Source of the DNA: a virus
Virus record (IMG/VR): IMGVR_UViG_3300042988_001339
Coordinates: 3,285 to 67,284 of that record
DNA length: 64,000 nt
Reading direction: 5' to 3' (one strand)
A program made the translations under genes and the position numbers. Position 1 is the stretch's first letter. Each line of letters begins with the position of its first letter. This document shows positions 47,604-57,381 of this stretch, piece after piece. Under the pieces are notes generated by a model that saw only the letters and a list, made by a program, of their open reading frames with translations, was not told where the DNA came from and ran no database searches.

Positions 47604-48137
47604 TCATAGGACTCCTCCGATGGTGAGGGCGAGCCACCCGGCGGCGGGCAGCAGCAGAGCGTTCACGGCGTGCTCGGTCCACCCGTCGGCCTTCAACCCG
47701 AGGCCGACGTGCCAGCCCCATGGGAGGAGCGGCACCCCCCGCTTGAGGCCGTACCGGGCGTTCCCGCGGCCGAACATCAAGTCCCCCGCGATGTGGGAGC
47801 CCCACCCGGTGACGACGCCGAGCGCGACCGGCGCGAGCTCCGCGGGGAACCGCCCGAGGTAGACGGCGACGGCGAGGGCCGCGGGGATCCCCCACCAGTG
47901 CGCCAAGCCCCGGTGCTGCATCGGGCCCCCGTTCCCGAGGATCTCGTCGGGCAGCCACCGGTCCAGGGTCTTCCACCACGACTGGTTGTCGACGTCGCAG
48001 GAGAGTTTCCCGCCGGCGGTGGCGGTGGCGGTGGCGATGTAGGCGGCGGTCGCGGTGGCCCCGGTGACGGGCGGCGCCCAGTGGATGAGCGCGAGGGCCG
48101 TAACGACGCCGAACAGGTGGTGGGTGGGGGTCCTCAT
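47604..48137 (-). CDS. YdjM-like membrane metal-dependent hydrolase
   Basis: TH, DVD, HRGLAH, SHIAGD, GVPLL motifs. Confidence 0.82.
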   Translation of the reverse strand: MRTPTHHLFGVVTALALIHWAPPVTGATATAAYIATATATAGGKLSCDVDNQSWWKTLDRWLPDEILGNGGPMQHRGLAHWWGIPAALAVAVYLGRFPAELAPVALGVVTGWGSHIAGDLMFGRGNARYGLKRGVPLLPWGWHVGLGLKADGWTEHAVNALLLPAAGWLALTIGGVL

Positions 48138-48381
48138 GTCGGCCACCCGGTGCTCTCGGTCGGGTCGTTGGGGACGAGGCGCATGCGGGCACCCCACCGG
48201 CCGGACCGGGCCCGCTGTTCGTCGGCGGCGGTGAGGGCTGCGGCTAGGCCCGGGTCGTTGTCGGCGAGTTCGTCGAGGTATGTGTCGACAGCGGCGGCGG
48301 TGAGTTCGGGGACGGGGCGGCCGAGGTAGAGGGCGGTGTCGCGGAGGCGGTGGGAGCGGCGCAGGGCGGCCGGGTCGTGGG

Positions 48382-48714
48382 TCACCGGAACAGCACCCCC
48401 TGCCAGACGCCGGGGCCGGGCGCGGTGACGTAGCCGAGGTGGCCGATGTGGTCGCCGCCGCTGTAGCAGTTCCGCGGCGAGCAAGGGTTCCAGCGGAACA
48501 GGCCGACCCTGGATACCTCCGCGGTGTCGGCCCAGGTGGGGATCTCGTCCGGTGACATGCAGAGGTCGGTGTAGATGCTCTTGATGTCCTCCGCGGCCCA
48601 CTCCTTGAGCGCTTCCCTGGCTGCGGTGACGTCGAGGGTCCCGCGGACGACGGGGCCGCCCTCTTCCATGCCTGTGACCTTGAGGGCCGCGGTGGTCGTG
48701 AGGATGGTAGTCAC
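48382..48714 (-). CDS. Hypothetical protein
   Basis: FRWNPC...PGPGVWQGV; overlaps. Confidence 0.55.
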   Translation of the reverse strand: MTTILTTTAALKVTGMEEGGPVVRGTLDVTAAREALKEWAAEDIKSIYTDLCMSPDEIPTWADTAEVSRVGLFRWNPCSPRNCYSGGDHIGHLGYVTAPGPGVWQGVLFR

Positions 48715-49082
48715 GGTGCGCGTACCTCCGTTTCGTCGTCGAAGGGCTGGAGTAGGTCGGTGACGGGGTCCGTCTGATCCGCACTGAGGCGTTCGCAGAG
48801 CGCGGTGAGGTTCTCCCGCACCAGCCAACCGCGCTGGTCGTAGATGAGGCCCTGCCCGAACCGGAGGTACGGGTCCGTCGTGGTCGGCCACAGTGCGGAT
48901 GAGCCCGTGGCGTCAGCGCGGTCGAAGCGGGCGGCTGTGCGGTCTGCCTCGTCGAGCAGCGGCGTGAGGTACGCGCGGGACCCCCACGCGACGGGGCCGT
49001 CGCTGTTGTCCGACCAGATGACGTAGAAGTCCCCGGAGTCGGGAGCGGGCTTGACGATGGTGCCCCGCAGGTAGCCGGTCAC
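48711..49082 (-). CDS. Hypothetical protein
   Basis: DFYVIWS..D.P..WGSR...RFDRADATGSS. Confidence 0.6.
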   Translation of the reverse strand: MTGYLRGTIVKPAPDSGDFYVIWSDNSDGPVAWGSRAYLTPLLDEADRTAARFDRADATGSSALWPTTTDPYLRFGQGLIYDQRGWLVRENLTALCERLSADQTDPVTDLLQPFDDETEVRAP

Positions 49083-49289
49083 GGCGTGCACTCCTCGTGG
49101 ATGTAGGCGCCGGGTGTCCCTGCGTGACGGATCATGTCGCCGTCGTGGATGGGGTCACCGCACCCCGAGCAGTGGCCCGGGTAGCGGGCGGGGAACGGTG
49201 GGCCCGGGTCCCCGGCCGGTTCGGGTTCGGTGGGGGCGTGGATGCGGCACCCGCACTCGGTGACGAGGAGGTCGGAGAGGTCGCAGCGG

Positions 49290-49559
49290 TCAGCCACGGA
49301 TGCCCTCCCCGTCGAGGTAGTCCATCCGCCACGTCGGGTGCCACGGACGGGCGTGCCGCTCCCCGTCGAGGCGGACACGGATCCGGGCGCCGTCCCCGCG
49401 GGTGATGCGGCCCGGTTTCCCGTTCGCGACCACCCGGGCGCCGCGCTTCGCGGGGACCCCGTAGTAGGCCCGGACGTACCCGAATGACGTCTTGTCGATC
49501 TGGTCCGGGCTGGTCGCCCAGTGCGGGAGTTGGTCCAGGTTCAGGCCGCCGTCAGCCAC
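49290..49559 (-). CDS. Hypothetical phage protein
   Basis: YVRAYYGVPAKRGARV...HPTW motif. Confidence 0.65.
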   Translation of the reverse strand: MADGGLNLDQLPHWATSPDQIDKTSFGYVRAYYGVPAKRGARVVANGKPGRITRGDGARIRVRLDGERHARPWHPTWRMDYLDGEGIRG

Positions 49560-50376
49560 GGGGCACCTCCTGCACGTCGTACTCCGCCCACGCCACGGCC
49601 TGCGCGATCCTGCACGCGGCCCGTGCTTCCGCCCGGGACTCCGGCGGGCCGCACAGCACCCGCAATCGGGCCGCCGCGAGCTCCGGCGTGTCGATCGGGA
49701 CGACCCCGCACGTGTCGCAGAACACGGCCCGGCGCGTGAACGGGCGCCGCACCCGGCACACGGGGCAGTCGGCGACCCAGCGGCGTTCCGGGGCACGCTC
49801 GATGATCGGGCCCGTCTTGTGCACGGGCCGGGCCCGGTGCCGGGTGATGTCGTGGATCGCGACGACCACCGCACCCGGGTGCGCGGCCCGCGCCGTCAGG
49901 ACGTAGGCGTCCGGGTTGTCGGCGGCGACCGCGTCCCCCTCCCGGGTGATGAGCGCCGCGACCCGGACCGCGAGCCCGGGCCTGCGCGACGGGATGGACA
50001 CGATGTACCCGTCACGCCACCCCCGGACGGTCACCGCGAGCATGTCGTCCACGGCGTCCGTCCCGGCGAACGCGACAACCAGGGACCGGCGGACCGCACC
50101 AACGTCAAGCACGGGGCGCCTCCTCGGCGGGGTGAATGATGATGGATCGGAGCGGCCCGTACACGCGGGCAACCCGCGCCTCGTCGGCCTCACGGAGCGT
50201 CGGTTCCGTCGACGTCGGGTAGCACTCCCACCGGCCGCGCCCGGCTGACCAGAGCCACAGGTCCCCGTCCCGGTCCATGAACCCCGTCACGGGCAGGGCG
50301 CCGGCCGCGTCCGCGGTCAGGAGCGCATCGATGGCACCCGGGTCGGGCGCCGGATAGGTGATCTGCTGGTCCGCGG

Positions 50377-50838
50377 TCACCGGTCGACCTCCGCGCTGTG
50401 CTCGCCGCCGCTGCTGGGTGCGGGATCTTCCACAGGGTCCGGGAGTCGCACGAGACCCACGTCTTCCGCGTCGTCCCCGTAGACGTCCGTGCCGTCCTGG
50501 CCGATCCAGACCGTGACCAACGGGGATGCGTCGTCGTTGCGGCCTTGGGTCGTGAACCACCACATCGGGTCGCAGCCCGGCAGGCTGCCCCAGAACCGGG
50601 CCCCGGGTGCGGTGGGCAGCGGCAGATAGGCCGCCACAAGCCGGATCCGCTCGATGACCGAGGGAGACCATGAGGTCTCCTCGCCGGTGCGGTGCGCGTC
50701 CCCATCCCGGAGCGCGGTGAACAGCCCGCCCGGCTCCTTGATGGACGTGACGGTCCCCGTCCACGACTTCTGTGTGATCTCGACGCGCATCCCGGGCCGG
50801 AGGTCGCGGACGTTGATGATGTTGTCGGTGCCGCTCAC
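50377..50838 (-). CDS. Hypothetical protein
   Basis: 4-bp overlaps; codon bias. Confidence 0.55.
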   Translation of the reverse strand: MSGTDNIINVRDLRPGMRVEITQKSWTGTVTSIKEPGGLFTALRDGDAHRTGEETSWSPSVIERIRLVAAYLPLPTAPGARFWGSLPGCDPMWWFTTQGRNDDASPLVTVWIGQDGTDVYGDDAEDVGLVRLPDPVEDPAPSSGGEHSAEVDR

Positions 50839-51053
50839 CGGGCACCGCCCGGAGCGTCGTCAACCAACCGGTAACCGTTCGACGTCGGCCGGAAACGGTC
50901 GAGGCGGATACGGGTCTCTCGCTTGCCCCGCATGTCAATGACCGTCGCGTGAGTGGCGTCGATGCTGATGACCCGGACCTTGCGGCCCGCGGACCGCTTG
51001 TCGTTGTCGGCCCAGACCTGCCCGACCTTGGGCGCGGTGCTGTCGGCGCTCAC
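50835..51053 (-). CDS. Small SH3-like protein
   Basis: VGQVWADNDKRSAGR.VRV...RFRPTSNGY. Confidence 0.65.
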   Translation of the reverse strand: MSADSTAPKVGQVWADNDKRSAGRKVRVISIDATHATVIDMRGKRETRIRLDRFRPTSNGYRLVDDAPGGAR

Positions 51054-51760
51054 CGGGCACCTGCCAGGGTCCGGGACCGCATCGCCCACTCACCGCACAC
51101 GTCGTCCGCGGGCTTCCCCACCCGCTTCAGGTACGCCGCGAAGTCCGCCTGACGCGCCGCATGCCATCCCGCCTGCGCGGCGTGCAGGTCCGGGAGCGAC
51201 AGGCCCGCGACCGCGGGGAACATGCAGCCGATCCGCCACACCAGACGTGCCGCGCACACGGCGTCAGCGGTCGCGTCGTGCGCGCCGTCCAGAGAAACCC
51301 GGTAGTGCTCCGCCTGCGCGGTGAGGGTCCGGGACCCCTTCCGGTACTTGTCGACCTCCCGGTCAATCACGTAGGGGTCGATGACGGGGCCCGCCACGGT
51401 GAAGGTGGTGTCGTGGTGCCGGGCAATCTCGCGGTCCAGGACGGTCAGGTCATAGGCGGCGTTGAACGCGACGACGGGAAGACCACTCGACCACGCGTCC
51501 GTGAGGGCGTCCGTGATCTCGCGGACCGCGACCGCCGGGTCCACGCCCTCGGCGCGGGCCCTCTCGGTGGTGATGCCGTGGACAGCGGTCGCACCCTCCG
51601 GGATCTCGACGCCCGGGTTCACCAGCCACTCACGGGCTTCGGTGGGGAGCCCGCCGCCGACGTGGACGACGCACGCGGTGACGATCCGAGCGTCCTCCGG
51701 GCTGGGCGCGGACGTCTCCAGGTCGAAGGCGACCATGCGGCCCGTGTGCCAGCCGCTCAC
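51050..51760 (-). CDS. DnaQ-like DEDDh 3'-5' exonuclease
   Basis: FDLETS, VHGIT, FNAAYD, AHDATADA. Confidence 0.92.
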   Translation of the reverse strand: MSGWHTGRMVAFDLETSAPSPEDARIVTACVVHVGGGLPTEAREWLVNPGVEIPEGATAVHGITTERARAEGVDPAVAVREITDALTDAWSSGLPVVAFNAAYDLTVLDREIARHHDTTFTVAGPVIDPYVIDREVDKYRKGSRTLTAQAEHYRVSLDGAHDATADAVCAARLVWRIGCMFPAVAGLSLPDLHAAQAGWHAARQADFAAYLKRVGKPADDVCGEWAMRSRTLAGAR

Positions 51761-51975
51761 CGGATGTCCTCGGTGGTGGTGAGTTCCGCGGTGCACGCCC
51801 AGCAGGACCGGATGTGGTCGTCGAGGTCGGTGTCGCAGAGGACACCGGTGTCGCACCCGGCGGGCGGGGCGTCGATGGTCGCGGTGTCCACGCGGTCCCC
51901 GCAGCCGGTGCAGGCCTCGATCTCGGACACGTCGGGTGCCCACTGCGCGGGGGGCGCGAGGGTGGCGGTCGTCAT
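51757..51975 (-). CDS. Small Cys-rich protein
   Basis: CxxC pairs; first gene after cassette B. Confidence 0.55.
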   Translation of the reverse strand: MTTATLAPPAQWAPDVSEIEACTGCGDRVDTATIDAPPAGCDTGVLCDTDLDDHIRSCWACTAELTTTEDIR

Positions 51976-51998
51976 TTGGGGCTCCATCCCGTCCGGTC

Positions 51999-52051
51999 GT
52001 CTAGTTCGACATAGACGAAGGTAGCGGGGTGATGGACCTAGTGCAAGTAGG
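51999..52051 (-). promoter_or_regulatory. Dual-operator promoter cassette (copy B)
   Basis: CCTAC-TTGCAC-TAGG...TACCTT-C-GTCTATGTCGAACTAGAC. Confidence 0.8.
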
Positions 52052-52075
52052 CACTCGGCGAAACACCCAACATCG

Positions 52076-52345
52076 CTAGGCAGACCAGTCAGGCAGCAGA
52101 CCCAGCAGATACTCCGCGCGCGCAGCCCGCCGCGCAGCCGTCGGGGCGTTCTGGTAGTCCCGCCGCGCCTGCCGACACGCCTCATCAGGCGTCTCCCCGG
52201 CCCGGTAGTGCGCCATGAACGCTGCATGAGTCCCGCACGGCGCCCGCGGGCGCGGCGGCTTCCGTGGCGTCGGAGCCGCCGGCGTGGAGGCAGCCCGGAG
52301 GATCGCTTCCGCGAGGGCCCGCGCCGACTCCGGTGGGCGCGTCAC
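52076..52345 (-). CDS. Small putative Zn-binding protein
   Basis: CGT.AAF.AH.R.GE..D.AC motif. Confidence 0.6.
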   Translation of the reverse strand: MTRPPESARALAEAILRAASTPAAPTPRKPPRPRAPCGTHAAFMAHYRAGETPDEACRQARRDYQNAPTAARRAARAEYLLGLLPDWSA

Positions 52346-52620
52346 GCCGCCTCCCCGGCCCGCGCCAGCGCGCGCCGCCGTTCCCGCTCGGTGAGCCCAC
52401 CCCAGACGCCGTACTCCTCGCGGTTGGCGATGGCGGAGGTGAGGCACTCGACCCGGACGGGGCAGCCCCCGCAGACCCGCTTGGCTTCGCGGGTTGACCG
52501 GGCGTCCGCCTCCGGGAAGAACAGTTCCGGGTCGGCGGTCGCGCATGCGGCGCGGTCCTGCCACTCCAGTGCCCCGACGCTCTCCGGGATGATCGTGTCC
52601 GGCGCGGAGCGTCGCATCAT
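52342..52620 (-). CDS. whiB: WhiB-family transcription factor
   Basis: WQDRAAC...DPELFFP...AKRVC.GCPV..EC...GVWGGLTERER. Confidence 0.95.
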   Translation of the reverse strand: MMRRSAPDTIIPESVGALEWQDRAACATADPELFFPEADARSTREAKRVCGGCPVRVECLTSAIANREEYGVWGGLTERERRRALARAGEAA

Positions 52621-52892
52621 GACCACACCCGCAGGGCCACGACATAGGCCACGACCGCGGCGACAAGCACCGAGGCGAACGCCAGCGCGTGCAGCCACCC
52701 GCCGCGCGTCTCGGGGTCGGGGCTGACCGGGATGGCGGCGGCCTGCCCCGCGTAGGCGGCGTGGTGGCGCTGCGCCCGGTGCTCCCAGATGCGGGTGAGG
52801 GCGGTGATGGCCGCCGCGTGTGCGGCGGCGGTGATGTAGGCGTGTTCGTCGGCGGTGAGCACGGCGGGGCTGGTGGGTGGTTCGGTGGTCAC
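52617..52892 (-). CDS. Small membrane protein
   Basis: C-terminal TM helix; GGAGG RBS. Confidence 0.55.
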   Translation of the reverse strand: MTTEPPTSPAVLTADEHAYITAAAHAAAITALTRIWEHRAQRHHAAYAGQAAAIPVSPDPETRGGWLHALAFASVLVAAVVAYVVALRVWS

Positions 52893-52912
52893 GGGGGTGC
52901 CTCCACAACGGG

Positions 52913-52966
52913 GTCTAGGTCGACATAGACGACCGTAGAGCCAGCGGGTCACCTACCACAAGTAGG
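52913..52966 (-). promoter_or_regulatory. Dual-operator promoter cassette (copy C)
   Basis: CCTAC-TTGTGG-TAGG...TACGGT-C-GTCTATGTCGACCTAGAC. Confidence 0.78.
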
Positions 52967-53065
52967 TGACTAGGCACGTCACCCATCCGTCCTAGGTGCC
53001 TCCGGGCAAGCAGAAGGCCCCCGCCGTTGAGGCGAGGGCCCTGCGCGGTACCGGAGAGGCCGCCG

Positions 53066-53353
53066 TCACTTCCAGACGACCACCGACGGGTCAGCGAGGA
53101 ATGCCTGGACGTCCTCGCGGTCCACCGACCACAGCAAGATCCGCGCGAACGGCGGCGGACGCTCACCCGCAGGATCCGGCGCAGGGACGACCGCCCCGGC
53201 GCACAACCCACCGAACCGGCGCCCCCGATGTAGGTCACGGTGCACCGCGGACGGCGTCACACCTTTCGCCTCCGCGATGTCCTCCACCGTGTAGTGCGCG
53301 GGCATCGACTTCGGGGCCGGGACGGCCAGCGTCTTCGTCTTCGCGGGCGTCAC
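53066..53353 (-). CDS. HTH DNA-binding protein (candidate repressor)
   Basis: YTVEDIAEAKGVTPSAV..D..RG; preceded by a GTCTA-N8-TAGAC site at 53390-53407. Confidence 0.65.
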   Translation of the reverse strand: MTPAKTKTLAVPAPKSMPAHYTVEDIAEAKGVTPSAVHRDLHRGRRFGGLCAGAVVPAPDPAGERPPPFARILLWSVDREDVQAFLADPSVVVWK

Positions 53354-53424
53354 GTGGCCCTCCCCTTCCATGGGATCAATCGTGCAGGTGTCTACGTCAG
53401 ACTAGACGCACGCGCGGGGTGATG

Positions 53425-53883
53425 TCACGGCAGGGACACGCCCGGCGCGTGCACGATCAGGGCCCGCCGCAGACACGCCGCATAGGCATGCTTCGTCAGC
53501 CCCGTGCTCGCCGCGAGCTCAGCGAGAGTCGCCCACGGGTCCGCGACCCGCGCCGTGAGGACCACACGGTACTTCTCCGTCAGCGGCGTGTCGGTGTCGA
53601 GGATGGCCTGCGCGGCGACCACCGTGCGGGCCGCCGCGACGCCCGTGCGGGTCGCGTTCGCCGCCGCGAACGCCGCTGCCTGCCTCGCCGACGGGGGCCG
53701 CGTCCGCCGCGCCCGCGGCATGTTCGGGAGCAGCCCGCTCCTGTACCTCCAGGTGCGGACAGCCCCGATGTCCACCCCGTGCCGGTCCGCGATCTCCCGG
53801 TCCGTCAGGCCACGCATCCACGACCGCCGCAGCGGCCCCGCCCACGATGCGGGGGCGGGTGGGGTTGCCGGCGCGGCGGTCAC
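53425..53883 (-). CDS. HTH plus WhiA C-terminal-like HTH domain protein
   Basis: LTDREIA..HGV...VRTWR, then AN.TRT..AA...ATLAELA...LTK.A.A..LRR. Confidence 0.7.
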   Translation of the reverse strand: MTAAPATPPAPASWAGPLRRSWMRGLTDREIADRHGVDIGAVRTWRYRSGLLPNMPRARRTRPPSARQAAAFAAANATRTGVAAARTVVAAQAILDTDTPLTEKYRVVLTARVADPWATLAELAASTGLTKHAYAACLRRALIVHAPGVSLP

Positions 53884-54162
53884 GGGGTGACCTCCCCGAC
53901 GGTGACCGGGGCGCGGAGGCACGCGACGATCAGGACCGCGTCCGGGCGGTCGTGCCCGCCCCGGACCCCATCGTCCGGTGAGCGACAGATGGGCCACCCG
54001 CCCCTGACCGCAGCCAGGATCGGGACATCGTCCTCGTCGGCCGGGAGGCTCCACGGACCGGCAGATGCGTCACGGTCGAGGCTGTCGAGGCTGTCGGCCT
54101 CGGCATCCATCGCGTGCGCTGCGGCACGCAACTCCTCGACAGGCGACAGGACGCGCGCAGCC

Positions 54163-54414
54163 TCAACCACGGGGCACCTCCTGCCCGCCGGTGTCCTCGA
54201 CCCGCAGCAACGTGAACCCGGTCACCACGACCGGGGACGAACCGACGTTCCGGGCGAGCTGCTCGGAAAGGTGGACGAGGGACCCGCCGTGCGTGATCGG
54301 GGCCGGGAAACTGGCCTCGGTCGCGCCGGCGCCCCCGGTGAACGAGTAGGCGATCCAGTAAAACCACTGCTTCGCCGGGGCCGGGGGGTTGTCCATCTGG
54401 TCAGTCATGGTCAT
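54163..54414 (-). CDS. Hypothetical protein
   Basis: ORF track, RBS. Confidence 0.55.
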   Translation of the reverse strand: MTMTDQMDNPPAPAKQWFYWIAYSFTGGAGATEASFPAPITHGGSLVHLSEQLARNVGSSPVVVTGFTLLRVEDTGGQEVPRG

Positions 54415-55284
54415 CTCCTGTCGTCAGCGGCACGGTGCCGCGGAAACCCTTCGGGGCGCGCGACACGCGACGTGTCGCGCGGTCCCGCACAACCTCACGC
54501 CACAAGACGTCAGGGACGTCCAGGTCCTTGGGTCGCAGGCCACGCGGCGCGGGGGCCGGGAACAGGCCCGGCTTGTCATCGCTCACCGCTCCGGCACCCC
54601 ACACGTCCCGCCGGAGGTGGCCAGCGCCACGGACACGATGCTTTCCGCTGGCACGTAGGCGGAGATGCGCCCGAAGTCGGCGAATGCGGGATCGGCGGCC
54701 AGATCGACGTCCAGGGACATGGCCCCGATGCGGGTGATGCGCGCCCGGATGGTGATGTCGACGACGTCACCGGCCCCGACCCCGTAGGTGCGGGGGTCAA
54801 CGGCCCGGAGTGGCTTCACCGCTGACTCCAGGCGATCGCCTTGAGGCGGTCCGCGCCACCGAGGTCTGTGGTGATCCATCGGTGTGCCGTGACCAGCCCC
54901 GGGAAGCCGGAGGCGAGGCGCTCCAGATTCCACGCGTCCGCGGCGCGCATCGCCGCGATCAACTCGGAGAAGAACGGCGGCGGAAGTCGACCACCCGCGA
55001 CGCGTGAGTACCCGAACCGGTGCAGTACCCACGCGGCCTCATCGGGTGTCGGCTCGACCATCACTGCACTGTCCGTTGTGTCGCTCACTGGTTGTCTCCT
55101 GCGCGCTCGTTGGTGACTGTCTGTGGGCTCGCCGGGCACATGCAGGGCGGGGGCCCCGCGTGGGTGCACCCGCGGATGTCGTCGTGTTCCCCGGCCGTGT
55201 GCGACGGCGGGCAGAGGCAGCGGCGGCCCGTGGACGGGCCCGCACCGAGCGCCCGGCGGACCCGGTCGATGAGGACGGCGCGCT

Positions 55285-55669
55285 TCACGGGGCCACCTGC
55301 CGGATCTGCCGGGCGGTCGGCGCCGGGGCCTGCGCGAGCCGCGCGAGGTCCGCGGCAACGGACTCCATCAGGGCAGCCGGGTCGGTGAGCCCGCAGCGGG
55401 CGTCCGCGGCGGCGTCCGCGAGGAGCCCCGCGAGGCTGTCGAGGTACGCGGCGACACCCGGCGGCACGGCGCCGGGCCGGGAGGTGACATCGAGGGGAAC
55501 GGGATCCACCCCGCTGGGCCGCAACACGAACGCGTCGAAACGGGCCTCGTACTGCCGCCCGGTCTCGGGGTCGACGTCCCACGCGGCGCGGGCCATGTGC
55601 CCGGCCCACGTCGCGAGCATCACCCGCGCGTGCGGGTTGCTCGTTTCGATCGTCACTGCGTGGAGCATC
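55285..55669 (-). CDS. Hypothetical protein
   Basis: GGAAGG RBS; codon bias. Confidence 0.5.
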
Positions 55670-55837
55670 GTCAGCCTTCCTGGATGGCTCGGGTGATGGC
55701 CGCGCGGCGGGTGCGGGCGCGGCGGGTACGTCGGTCGCCGTGGATGCCGTGCGCGCCGGAGCGGCGGCGCTCCTCGCGGGCACGGAGACGCTCGGCGGCG
55801 TCGGGACTCTTCGGGGGCCGCGGGTGCATGGTCCGGC

Positions 55838-56248
55838 TCATGCGGCACCGACCGTGGCCCGGGACGTCGCGAGACAGTCCGCGACGAACCCGAACAGGTC
55901 ACCGGGGACCGCCCGGTCCCGGAGGGCGGTGACGGCTTCCCCGGCGGCCCCGGCGCGGCCAGTCACGGCTACCTCCAGGTCGCGCTGGGCGACGGCCTCG
56001 GCCCACAGGGCACCGAAGTCGGCGGCGGCTGCGGTCTCGGCGCGTGTGCGGCGCTCGGCGTGCTCGGCCTGCGCGACGGTCCACGACCAACCAGTCATCT
56101 GCTTCGCGTGGGTGGACCCGACGTGGGAGATGGTCCCGTCGGGGCCTTGTATGCGGAAGCGGCGGGTGAGGGTCCGGCCGCAGTGGTCGCAGGTGCCGCG
56201 GGTGTGGTCGATTCCGAGGAGGGTCCACGTGGTGGTTGCGGTGGTCAC
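55838..56248 (-). CDS. Zn-ribbon-like protein
   Basis: CDHCGR.L...VGSTHA; first gene after cassette D. Confidence 0.6.
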   Translation of the reverse strand: MTTATTTWTLLGIDHTRGTCDHCGRTLTRRFRIQGPDGTISHVGSTHAKQMTGWSWTVAQAEHAERRTRAETAAAADFGALWAEAVAQRDLEVAVTGRAGAAGEAVTALRDRAVPGDLFGFVADCLATSRATVGAA

Positions 56249-56268
56249 TGTGCTCTCCCTCCTCGGTC

Positions 56269-56321
56269 GTCTATCTCGACATAGACGACAGTAGTGCGGC
56301 ACGGTGCCTAGCGCAAGTAGG
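56269..56321 (-). promoter_or_regulatory. Dual-operator promoter cassette (copy D)
   Basis: CCTAC-TTGCGC-TAGG...TACTGT-C-GTCTATGTCGAGATAGAC. Confidence 0.8.
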
Positions 56322-56327
56322 CACGCA

Positions 56328-56705
56328 CTACCGGTCGTGATGCCCCGGCCCATGCTCACCAGACGCGCACAACACGCACGCCACAGGCGACACCGGGCGC
56401 AGCGGAACCCACTGCCCGCCCAGCCCCACATACGGCTGCGCAGCCCGCGGGTCCCCCGGATGCGCCGCAGCCCACACCGCCATCCGCTCCAGCGCGACCT
56501 TCACCAGGTGCCACGTCGTACTGCCGTCACCCGGCGGCGACACCCGCGCCTGCCCAGCGATCGCCACGAGCTGCCCCCGGCTACACCGGTCCAGGTCGGC
56601 CGCCGTGATGCCACGCTGCCAGCACCACGACGCGACCACCGCGACCTTCCGCCGCCGGTTCACCTCCGCCGCCGGCGTGTGCCGGAAGTCGACGCCTTCA
56701 GCCAC
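56328..56705 (-). CDS. Hypothetical protein
   Basis: Coupled ORF at the end of the cas-containing transcript. Confidence 0.55.
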   Translation of the reverse strand: MAEGVDFRHTPAAEVNRRRKVAVVASWCWQRGITAADLDRCSRGQLVAIAGQARVSPPGDGSTTWHLVKVALERMAVWAAAHPGDPRAAQPYVGLGGQWVPLRPVSPVACVLCASGEHGPGHHDR

Positions 56706-57381
56706 GACCCGTACCCACCGGGACCGTGCACAGGACGCTCACCGTCTGCCCCCAGCAGTACGCGCACGCGAACCCCCTGGCCGCCCCTTGTGCCGCACAC
56801 GCGCGACACGAGTACGACCACGCCACCGGCACGCACCCACACGACCGGGCCAGCAGGTCAGCGGTCACCGCGGGGTCCTCGCACAGGTCCTCGACGCCGG
56901 TCAGAGCGTGAGGCCAGATCGTCTCGCACACCGGGGCCACCGCGAGAGCAGGGGCGCCGGCGGGGGCCTCCGTCGCGGCGGTCACGTCCCCTCCATCTTC
57001 CTTCGGTGCCCAATGCAGACGAGCGGGTTCGGCCGCAGGGCACGCGGATCCCCGGCGTAAGTCACATAGGCCTGCCGGAGTCGCTTCGCGTGACGGCGAG
57101 GACACCAACCGATGCCGCAGCGACGCGTCACCCCGGACAGGGATACCCCGATGCCAGGACGACGACCGGACACCTGTCGGGCGGTCACGAACCGCGGTCC
57201 CCGCAGCCTCCATCCGAGCCAAACACCCCGCAACCTCCACCAGGCCAGCGCCCACACCGGCAGCAACAGCAGCCGCCACAGTGGACCGGCGACGGTCTGC
57301 CCGCGCAGGCAGCCACGCCCACACCCGGGCCTCCAAGTCATGCGCCGTAGCGTCGGCGGACACCGAAACCTCCTCGGACAC
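56698..57381 (-). CDS. wHTH-like N-terminus plus Cys-rich C-terminus (possibly 2-3 small genes)
   Basis: EVAGCLARMEAAG.AVR; internal RBS and GTG near 56985. Confidence 0.4.
   Translation of the reverse strand: MSEEVSVSADATAHDLEARVWAWLPARADRRRSTVAAAVAAGVGAGLVEVAGCLARMEAAGTAVRDRPTGVRSSSWHRGIPVRGDASLRHRLVSSPSREATPAGLCDLRRGSACPAAEPARLHWAPKEDGGDVTAATEAPAGAPALAVAPVCETIWPHALTGVEDLCEDPAVTADLLARSCGCVPVAWSYSCRACAAQGAARGFACAYCWGQTVSVLCTVPVGTGRG

Noticed and set aside
47415-56321. Dispersed GTCTA...TAGAC repeats as CRISPR repeats
   Set aside because: Copies are kb apart, have -35/-10 geometry, and the palindrome straddles the expected +1, so DNA operators fit better; retained only as a testable alternative
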